This document shows positions 57,174 to 64,000 of a stretch of DNA of 64,000 nucleotides, in pieces. The position numbers and the translations under genes were made by a program. Under the pieces are notes generated by a model. The model had not been told where the DNA came from. It saw only the letters and a list, made by a program, of their open reading frames with translations, and did no database searches. Origin of the DNA: an uncultured Gemmatimonadales bacterium (GTDB taxonomy: Bacteria; Gemmatimonadota; Gemmatimonadetes; Gemmatimonadales; GWC2-71-9); NCBI GenBank assembly GCA_963812085.1, contig CAWETL010000009.1:374592-438591 (forward strand), read 5' to 3'. Position 1 is the stretch's first letter; each line of letters starts with the position of its first letter.

Positions 57174-58449
57174 CGCGCCATCTCCTCCAGCGCCCGCGCC
57201 GCCTGCCCCGCCTTGCGGTCCTGCTTCCGGACCTTGCCCGGGAGCGGATCCACGAGGCCGAAGTTGGCGTTCATCGGCTGGAAATGCGCCGGGTCCGCCT
57301 CGGCCAGGTATCGGTAGAGCCCGCCGAGCATCGTGGTGGGCGGAGGCACCAGGGCCGGCCGGCCGGCCATCCGGCGCGCGAGGTTGATGCCCGCGAGCAG
57401 CCCCGTCCCGAGCGACTCCGTGTAGCCCTCCACGCCGGTGAGCTGTCCGGCAAAGAACAATCGGTCGTTGTCGCGTGCGGCGAGCGCCGGGCCGAGCGTG
57501 GCGGGACTGTTGAGATAGCTGTTCCGGTGAATGCTGCCGAACCGGAGGAACTCCGCCTCGGCCAGGCCGGGAATCGTCGCGAATACCCGCGCTGCTCCGG
57601 AATCCGGAGCCGGGTCTGGAAGCCGACCAGGTTCCACATCTGCCCGGCGCGGTCTTCCTGCCTGAGCTGCACGACGGCGTACGGTTCCTGCCCGGTGCGC
57701 GGATCGGGAAGTCCCACCGGCTTCATCGGGCCGAAGCGCAGCGTTTCGCGGCCGCGGCGCGCCGCCTCCTCGACCGGCATGCAGCCCTCGAAATACGGCA
57801 CCTGGTCGAACTCGTGCGCCGTGAACTGGTCGGCGGCCTGAAGCGCGTCGATGAACGCCTCGTACTCGGCGCGGGACATCGGCGCGTTGAGGTAGTCGTC
57901 GCCCTCGCCCTTGCCGTAGCGGGAAAGCGCGTAGAGCCGGTCGCGGTCGAGGGAATCGGCGGAGACAATCGGGGCGATGGCGTCGTAGAACGCGAGCGCA
58001 TCGGCGCCGAGGCGCGCGGCGATGGCTTCACCCAGGCGCGGCGAGGTGAGCGGCCCGGTGGCGACGACGCCCGCCTCCGGCAGCGCGGCCGCTTCCTCGC
58101 GAACGACGGTGATGTTGGGGTGGCCGCTGATCCGCTCCTGCACGGCGGCGGCGAAGACCTCGCGGTCGACCGCCAGGGCGCTGCCGCCCGGCACCCGCGC
58201 GCCGTCGGCGCAGTCGAGCAGCATGCTGCCCAGCAGGCGGAGCTCCGCCTTGAGGAGGCCGTGCGCGTTGGTCAGTTCGACGCTCTTGAAGGTGTTGCTG
58301 CAGACGAGTTCGGCGAGGCGATCGGTCTGGTGGGCCGCGGTCCGCACGACCGGGCGCATTTCGACGAGGGTGACCGCGACCCCGCGCTCGGCGAGGGCCC
58401 AGGCGGCTTCCGAGCCGGCCAGCCCCCCGCCGAGGACGGTTACGGTCAT
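57155..58449 (-). pseudogene. trmFO: methylenetetrahydrofolate--tRNA-(uracil-5-)-methyltransferase TrmFO with one apparent frameshift
   Basis: The N-part [17 protein letters not shown]...[12 protein letters not shown] is in one frame. The continuation (R)[26 protein letters not shown]... is in another. The junction is at about 57586-57592 and is consistent with a 1-nt deletion. ATG 58449 overlaps the topA stop (ATGA). Confidence 0.75.
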
Positions 58450-61274
58450 TTTGAGGCCGTCCTGCGGGCACGGCGCCCACCCTTGCGCGGGCCGGCCGCC
58501 CGGCGGGCCGCGAGGAGCTCGATGGCCTCGGGCATCGTCAGGGCCTCCGGGTCGCTGCCGCGGGGCAGCGAGGCGCTGACGTCGCCGTGCTTGACGTACG
58601 GCCCGTACTGGCCCTCGTACAGGCCGATCGGCTGCTCGTCGTCGGGGTGGCGGCCGAGGATCTTCCTGGGCGCCGCCGCGGCCCGCCGGCCGCGAGCCTG
58701 CTTGGGCTGCGCCAGGAGTTCGAGCGCGCGCGCGAGCGTCACCGTGAGGACGTCGTCCTCGCCCTTGAGGGAGCGGTACTCCTTTTCCCCCTTGCCGAGG
58801 TCGTGCACGACGTACGGCCCGAAGCGACCAAGCCCGGCCTGCACCGACCGGCCCGACTCGGGATGGTTCCCGAGGAGCCGCGGCAGCGCCAGCAGGCCGA
58901 GGGCCTGCGGCAGGGTGACCTGGTCGGGCGTCACACCCTTGGGCAGGGAGGCGCGCTTCGGCTTGGGGGCGCCGTCCACCACCTCGCCGAGCTGCAGGTA
59001 GGGGCCGTACTGCCCGGTGAGGAGAAAGATCTTCTCGCCGGTCTCGGGGTGGACGCCGAGGGAGTCGGGTCCTTCCTTCTTCTGGCGGAGGATGTCCTCC
59101 ACCTGCGCCTGGCTGAGCTCGGCCGGTGCCACGTCCTTGGGGAGCGACGCCCTCAGTTCGTGCCCCTTGGCGCCGACCTCCACGTACGGACCGAACTTCC
59201 CGATCTTGACCTTGGCGTCGAGGCCGTCGAGCAGCACGGTGCGCGCGGCCGTCGGGTCGATCTGCTTCTCGTGGAGCTGCACCTGCTGCTGCAGGCCGTC
59301 GGGGCCGAGGTAGAACTCGCGGAGATACGGCAGCCACTCCGCCTTGCCCTCGGATATCTCGTCCAGCACATCCTCCATGCCCGCCGTGAACTTCTCGTCC
59401 ACCAGGTGCGGGAAATGCTCCTCGAGGATGGCGGTGACGGCGAACGCGGTGAAGGTCGGCACCAGCGCCTGGCCCTGGCGCACGCAATAGCCCCGCTCGA
59501 GGATCGTGCCGATGATCGACGCGTAGGTGCTGGGGCGCCCCACACCGTCCGCCTCGAGCGACTTGACCAGCGTCGCTTCGGTGTAACGCGGCGGCGGCTG
59601 GGTCTCGTGGCGGACCGGCTTCACCTCCTCGCAGCGCGGCGTGTCCCCGGCCTCGAGGTGCGGCAGGATGACCTCCCGGTCCTCGAGCGCGGCCTCGGGA
59701 TCGTCGCTCCCCTCCACGTAGGCGCGGAGGAACCCGGCAAAGTCGATCCGCTTGCCGGTGGCGCGGAAGGTGGCCTCGCCGGCTTCCAGCGTGACCGACA
59801 TGGAGGTCTGCCGCGCGTCGGCCATCTGCGAGGCCATGGTACGCTTCCAGATGAGCTCGTAGAGCGCCAGGTCCCGCCCGTCGAGGCCAGTCTGCTTCGG
59901 ATGGCGGAAGGTGGCGCCCGCCGGCCGGATGGCCTCGTGGGCCTCCTGCGCGTTGGCGCTCTTCGTCGTGTAGCGACGGGGCGCGTCGGGGAGGTAGTCG
60001 GTGCCGTAGAGTTCGGTGACCGCCTTCCGCGCGGCGCCGATCGCCTGCTCCGACAGATTCACCGAGTCGGTGCGCATGTAGGTGATGAATCCGCGCTCGT
60101 AGAGTCCCTGCGCCGCCCGCATCGCGTCGCGCGCGCTGAGCCGGAGCTTGCGGTTGGCTTCCTGCTGCAGGGTGGAGGTGGTGAAGGGCGGGGCCGGCCG
60201 GCGGATGCCGGGCTTTTCCTCGGTGGCGGTGACGCGCCACGCGGCCTTCGCGGTGCGGCCACCGAGGGCCGTCGCCGCCGCCTCGTCCAGCACGACCACG
60301 TCCCGGCCGCCGAGGAGGCGGCCGGTCCGCTCGTCGAAGTCCTTCCCGGTCGCGAGCTTCTTGCCGTTGAGCAGGACGAGCTCGGCGTCGAAGGCCTGGC
60401 CGTCGTGCCGGAGCGTGGCGAGCAGGTCCCAGTACGCCGCCGAGCGGAACGCCCGGCGCTCCCGCTCGCGCACCACGAGGAGCCGCATGGCCACCGACTG
60501 CACGCGGCCGGCGGAGAGCCCGAAGGCGATTTTCTTCCAGAGCAGCGGCGACAGGGTGTAGCCGACGAGCCGGTCGAGGATGCGCCGGGTTTCCTGCGCG
60601 CGCACGAGCCGGTCGTCGATGTCGCGCGGGCTGGCCAGCGCCTCGGCGATCGCCTCGCGCGTGATCTCGTGGAAGACCATCCGGTGCACCGGCACGTCGG
60701 GCTCCAGCAGCTGGAGCAGGTGCCACGAGATGCTCTCGCCCTCGCGGTCTTCGTCCGTCGCGAGCAGGAGTTCGTCCACATCCCGCACCGCCGCCTTGAG
60801 GTCGCGCACGACGCCCTTCTTGTCGGCGGAGACCACGTAGAGCGGCTCGAAGTCGTTCTCGACGTTCACCCCGAGGCGGGCCCACTCGACGCCCTTGTAC
60901 TTCGCGGGGATGGACTTGGCGTCGCCCGGGAGGTCGCGGACGTGCCCCATCGAGGCCTCCACGCGGTAGCCGTCGGGAAGGAAGCCCCGGATGGTCCGCG
61001 CCTTGGTCGGCGACTCGACGATGACGAGCGCCCGATTCCCGCCTCGGCGGGCCGGGCGCTTCGCGGCCGGGGCCTTCGGGGTCGCCTCCGGCATCGCCTT
61101 CGGTTTCGCCGCCTTGACCTTCGGTGCGACGCCTGCGGCCGCCTTGGGCCTGGCCTTGGCCTTGGCCGGCTTGCTCGCGGACGCCCTGGATTTCGGGGCA
61201 GCCGCCTTCGACCCCTTCGCCTTCGGCTTCGGGGAGATGGACGGCTTGGACTTTTTCGGCTTGCTGCTCGCCAT
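58446..61274 (-). CDS. topA: DNA topoisomerase I with N-terminal Lys/Ala/Pro-rich tail
   Basis: Toprim motif [13 protein letters not shown] and a full type IA core are present. C-terminal repeats of the ..G.YGPYV..-type replace zinc fingers. The first ~85 aa are KPKAK-type low complexity. Confidence 0.9.
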   Translation of the reverse strand: MASSKPKKSKPSISPKPKAKGSKAAAPKSRASASKPAKAKARPKAAAGVAPKVKAAKPKAMPEATPKAPAAKRPARRGGNRALVIVESPTKARTIRGFLPDGYRVEASMGHVRDLPGDAKSIPAKYKGVEWARLGVNVENDFEPLYVVSADKKGVVRDLKAAVRDVDELLLATDEDREGESISWHLLQLLEPDVPVHRMVFHEITREAIAEALASPRDIDDRLVRAQETRRILDRLVGYTLSPLLWKKIAFGLSAGRVQSVAMRLLVVRERERRAFRSAAYWDLLATLRHDGQAFDAELVLLNGKKLATGKDFDERTGRLLGGRDVVVLDEAAATALGGRTAKAAWRVTATEEKPGIRRPAPPFTTSTLQQEANRKLRLSARDAMRAAQGLYERGFITYMRTDSVNLSEQAIGAARKAVTELYGTDYLPDAPRRYTTKSANAQEAHEAIRPAGATFRHPKQTGLDGRDLALYELIWKRTMASQMADARQTSMSVTLEAGEATFRATGKRIDFAGFLRAYVEGSDDPEAALEDREVILPHLEAGDTPRCEEVKPVRHETQPPPRYTEATLVKSLEADGVGRPSTYASIIGTILERGYCVRQGQALVPTFTAFAVTAILEEHFPHLVDEKFTAGMEDVLDEISEGKAEWLPYLREFYLGPDGLQQQVQLHEKQIDPTAARTVLLDGLDAKVKIGKFGPYVEVGAKGHELRASLPKDVAPAELSQAQVEDILRQKKEGPDSLGVHPETGEKIFLLTGQYGPYLQLGEVVDGAPKPKRASLPKGVTPDQVTLPQALGLLALPRLLGNHPESGRSVQAGLGRFGPYVVHDLGKGEKEYRSLKGEDDVLTVTLARALELLAQPKQARGRRAAAAPRKILGRHPDDEQPIGLYEGQYGPYVKHGDVSASLPRGSDPEALTMPEAIELLAARRAAGPRKGGRRARRTASK

Positions 61275-61392
61275 AGGCCCCGATCTCGATCAGGCGGTCT
61301 CGAGCGTGCTGACCCGGAAAATCGCTAGCAACTAAGGACGGGCGTGACCGAATGGCAAGGAGCAGCCATCCAAACCGCGGCGGCGGACCGCC

Positions 61393-61914
61393 TCAGGCGA
61401 AGCCCCCGCGCCTGAGCCAGGAGACGATCTCGGCCGCGGCCTCGGCCGGTTCGTCGCGGTCGTTTCCGACGGTGGCGTCGGCCTGCCGATAGAAGGGTTC
61501 GCGCTCCGCCAACAGGGCCGTGATGCGCGCGAGGCCCTCTCCGCCGGCCAGGAGCGGGCGCACCGCGCCTTCCTCCGCCCGCCGCAGCGCGACGGCCGGC
61601 GCGACCTTGAGCCAGATGAAGAGGGAGGTGGCCCGGGCGCCTGCGAGATTGCCCGGCTCGGCGGCCCATCCCCCGCCGGGAGCGAGGACCGCGGGAGGTT
61701 CGGCGAACTGGGCGGCGGCGGCCTCGCGCTCGAGCTCCCGGAAGCGCGGCTCGCCGAATTCGGCCATGATGCGGTCCACCGGCATGCCCATGCGGCGGAC
61801 GAGCACGTCATCGAGATCCACGAACGGCAGGCCCAGCTCCGCGGCGACCAGCGCCCCGACGGTGCTCTTGCCGCTCCCGGGGAGCCCGATGAGGACGATG
61901 TGGCGCCGGCTCAC
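61393..61914 (-). CDS. aroK: shikimate kinase
   Basis: IVLIGLPGSGKSTVG and ..FVDLDD...FRE.E.. motifs. 4-nt overlap with the aroC stop. Confidence 0.85.
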   Translation of the reverse strand: MSRRHIVLIGLPGSGKSTVGALVAAELGLPFVDLDDVLVRRMGMPVDRIMAEFGEPRFRELEREAAAAQFAEPPAVLAPGGGWAAEPGNLAGARATSLFIWLKVAPAVALRRAEEGAVRPLLAGGEGLARITALLAEREPFYRQADATVGNDRDEPAEAAAEIVSWLRRGGFA

Positions 61915-63167
61915 GACCCGGGTCGCCTCGCCGCGAGCGCGGCGAGGTAGCCGTCCACGTTGCGGCGCAGTTCCCCGAGCGAGTCCCCGCCGAACTTCTC
62001 GAGCATCGCGTCGGCCAGCGCGACGGCCACCATCGCCTCGGCGATGACGCCCATCGCGGGCACCGCCGTCACGTCCGAGCGCTCGCTCTGCGCCGCGGCG
62101 GGCAGGCCGGTGTCGAGGTCCACGCTGGGGAGCGGGCTCATCAGGGTGCTGATGGGCTTCATCGCCACCCGCACGACGAGCGGCTCCCCGGTAGTCATGC
62201 CGCCCTCGAGCCCGCCGGCGTGGTTGCTCCGTCGCGGATAGACGGCCCGGACCCCGGCGCCGCGCGCCGGCTCGGGATCGATCGGATCGTGGACCGCGGA
62301 TCCGGGCCGGCGCGCGGCCTCGAAGCCGAGCCCGATCTCCACACCCTTGACCGCGGGAATCGACATGAGGAGCGCGGCGAGGCGGCCGTCCAGCTTCCGG
62401 TCCCAGCTGACGTGGCTGCCGAGCCCGAGGACCATGCCACGCGCCACGACCTCGACCTCGCCACCGAGGGTGTCGCCCGCGGCCTTCGCCTCGTCGATCC
62501 GGCGAATCATGTCCACCTCGGCCGCGGCGTCGAGCACCCGCACGGGCGAGCGGTCCGACGCCGGGTTGAGCGGCGACGGGAGCGAGGCGGGCGCCTTGGC
62601 GCGAATGCCGCCGAGCGAGACCACGTGGCTGCCGACGTCCACCCCGAATTCCTCGAGGAGGCGGCGCGCCAGCGCGCCGGCCGCCACGCGCGCGGCGGTT
62701 TCCCGGGCGCTGGCGCGCTCGAGGATATCGCGGGCGTCGTCGCGGTCGTACTTGAGGACCCCGACCAGGTCGGCGTGACCCGGCCGGGGGCGGTTCACGC
62801 GCCGGCGCCGATGCTCGCCCGGCTCCCCTTCCGGCGACATGACGTCCTGCCAGTTGGCCCAGTCACGGTTGGGAATGCGCATCGCCACGGGAGAGCCGAG
62901 CGTCTCGCCGGCGCGCACGCCACTCAGCCACTCGATCCGGTCCGCCTCGACCTGCATCCGGGCGCCCCGCCCGTGGCCCTGCATCCGCCGGGCGAGCTGC
63001 GCGTCCACGAAGGCCGCCGTGACGGGGAGGCCCGCAGGCAACCCCTCCACGACGGCCACCAGGCCGGGACCGTGCGACTCACCCGCTGTGGTGAACCGAA
63101 GGCGCACTCGGAGCCTCGCGATCGGGCCGCGCCGCGCGCGGCCGGGGGAAACGCGTGAGCCCGACAC
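61911..63167 (-). CDS. aroC: chorismate synthase
   Basis: LRFTTAGESHGPGL.. is the signature N-terminus. The true start is probably a little downstream of 63167 (the Arg-rich leader is doubtful). Confidence 0.9.
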   Translation of the reverse strand: MSGSRVSPGRARRGPIARLRVRLRFTTAGESHGPGLVAVVEGLPAGLPVTAAFVDAQLARRMQGHGRGARMQVEADRIEWLSGVRAGETLGSPVAMRIPNRDWANWQDVMSPEGEPGEHRRRRVNRPRPGHADLVGVLKYDRDDARDILERASARETAARVAAGALARRLLEEFGVDVGSHVVSLGGIRAKAPASLPSPLNPASDRSPVRVLDAAAEVDMIRRIDEAKAAGDTLGGEVEVVARGMVLGLGSHVSWDRKLDGRLAALLMSIPAVKGVEIGLGFEAARRPGSAVHDPIDPEPARGAGVRAVYPRRSNHAGGLEGGMTTGEPLVVRVAMKPISTLMSPLPSVDLDTGLPAAAQSERSDVTAVPAMGVIAEAMVAVALADAMLEKFGGDSLGELRRNVDGYLAALAARRPGS

Positions 63168-63222
63168 GGGTCGGGCTCACGGGTGGTGGACGGAGACGCG
63201 GCGGGGCCGCGCGGGGATCCGC

Positions 63223-64000
63223 CTAGAAGTTGTCGTCCAGGATGCGCGGCGTGACCAGGATGATGAGGTCGCGGCGCCGTTCCTGGTTGCTCGAGAAGGA
63301 GAACAGCGGGCCGAGGAGCGGGAGCCGCGACAGCATCGGGATGCCGCTGCGGGTCTTGTTCACCTCGGTGACCGTCAGGCCGCCGATGACGGCGGTCTGT
63401 CCGTCCGCCACCAGGAGCTGGTTGTCGGCCTGCTGCGTGGTCACGATGAAGCCGAGCTCCTGGTCCGCCACGGGAACCACCGCCGAGCGCTCGGTGTGCA
63501 GCACCATCGTGATGTGCCGGTCGTCGGTCACGTGCGGGGTGACCGTCAGCTTGATGCCGGTCTGCTTGAACTGCACCGTGGACTGCGGGGCGTTCTGCCC
63601 GCCGGTCGCGGACCCGTAGTCCACCACGCGGACCGGGGTTTCCTCGCCGACCAGGATGTTGGCCTGGCGGTTGTCGAGCGTGTTGATCGTCGGCTCGGCC
63701 TGCACGTCGGCCAGCTGCGTCTGCTCCAGGGCGCTCAGGAACACCGTGAAGTTGAAGTTGCCGATGGCCGTGGACCAGACCAGGTCGAGGGCCGGCTGCG
63801 CGATGCTGGCCGCCGGGTTGCCGACCGCGGCGAGCGAGTTGCCGCCCAGGTCCACGACCGTGCTGTTCGACGGCTGGGACTTGGTGGGGTCGGTCGGGTC
63901 CGGCCGCTGCACGACGCTGTTGAAGTAGGTCGAGTTGCTGCCGAGGTCGTAGCGCAGGCCGAGTTCCTCGAGGCTGCTGCGGTCGACGAAGATGATCTTG
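63223..64000 (-). CDS. pilQ: type IV pilus / type II secretion secretin (PilQ-like), C-terminal part; 5' end outside window
   Basis: The secretin C-domain reads ..LADVQAEPTINTLDNRQANILVGEE....IGGL....SGIPMLSRLPLLGPLF.......LIILVTPRIL. I checked the frame by hand and it is open up to nt 64000. Confidence 0.75.
   Translation of the reverse strand, partial: KIIFVDRSSLEELGLRYDLGSNSTYFNSVVQRPDPTDPTKSQPSNSTVVDLGGNSLAAVGNPAASIAQPALDLVWSTAIGNFNFTVFLSALEQTQLADVQAEPTINTLDNRQANILVGEETPVRVVDYGSATGGQNAPQSTVQFKQTGIKLTVTPHVTDDRHITMVLHTERSAVVPVADQELGFIVTTQQADNQLLVADGQTAVIGGLTVTEVNKTRSGIPMLSRLPLLGPLFSFSSNQERRRDLIILVTPRILDDNF

Overview
This is a very GC-rich, densely coding bacterial chromosome segment (sampled 60-nt lines count 65-68% GC). 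I call about 60 genes, nearly all recognisable from motifs, and found no rRNA, tRNA or CRISPR array. All family calls rest on motifs I recognise by eye; no searches were run. The taxon is not determinable here; gene content and repeat style would fit a Gemmatimonadota- or Acidobacteria-like organism, but that is a guess.

**Gene content in order:**
- An OMP fragment, then a tightly coupled chain mobA-mobB-moeA-TerC-SDR-MFS.
- A membrane GGDEF cyclase placed 3 nt downstream of ETF-ubiquinone oxidoreductase.
- gcdH-like acyl-CoA dehydrogenase with etfB and etfA.
- SprT-like protein, phosphoesterase, a possible DUF4139-like protein and icd.
- cstA-ybdD.
- A Zn-peptidase, ATP-grasp and DUF885 group.
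- A LeuA-like enzyme, then an operon of NapF-like ferredoxin, cupin and NDP-sugar pyrophosphorylase.
- A GIY-YIG nuclease gene embedded in repeats.
- A 991-aa M1 peptidase.
- An ATP synthase F0+delta operon (atpZ-I-B-E-F-H).
- moxR, then a 1119-aa SARP/BTAD-AAA-TPR regulator.
- A c-di-GMP cluster: HD-GYP, an unknown protein, an Fe-S/hydrogenase-like GGDEF protein and a sigma-54 activator with a pseudo-receiver.
- mogA, gcvT, argF and a Ser/Thr kinase.
- The conserved block hslU-hslV-xerC-trmFO-topA, then aroK-aroC-pilQ.

**Most interesting observations:**
1. **Hairpin repeat family.** A REP/MITE-like family has the terminal motif TTCTGTCATTGCGAGG, with at least 15 arm copies in the window. Its two arm types bracket the only GIY-YIG nuclease gene. 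The same arms form about 90-bp coding-free elements between cistrons of conserved operons. This suggests an autonomous/non-autonomous mobile pair built on a GIY-YIG enzyme.
2. **Redox-sensing diguanylate cyclase.** One protein combines a 2x[4Fe-4S] ferredoxin, a hydrogenase-like domain lacking H-cluster cysteines, a CX2CX4CX16C motif and GGDEF. It sits in an operon-like array with a pseudo-receiver sigma-54 activator, near an HD-GYP gene.
3. **Lower-GC block.** A region of about 53-55% GC spans roughly 41.95-44.7 kb and cuts through the 3' part of the STAND regulator gene and the HD-GYP gene.
4. **Clustered frameshifts.** A DUF4440-like gene has 5 frame changes. The kinase C-terminal region has at least 4 verified frame changes, with more likely downstream. 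trmFO and hslV each have a single apparent frameshift. These are either real gene decay or local sequence errors.
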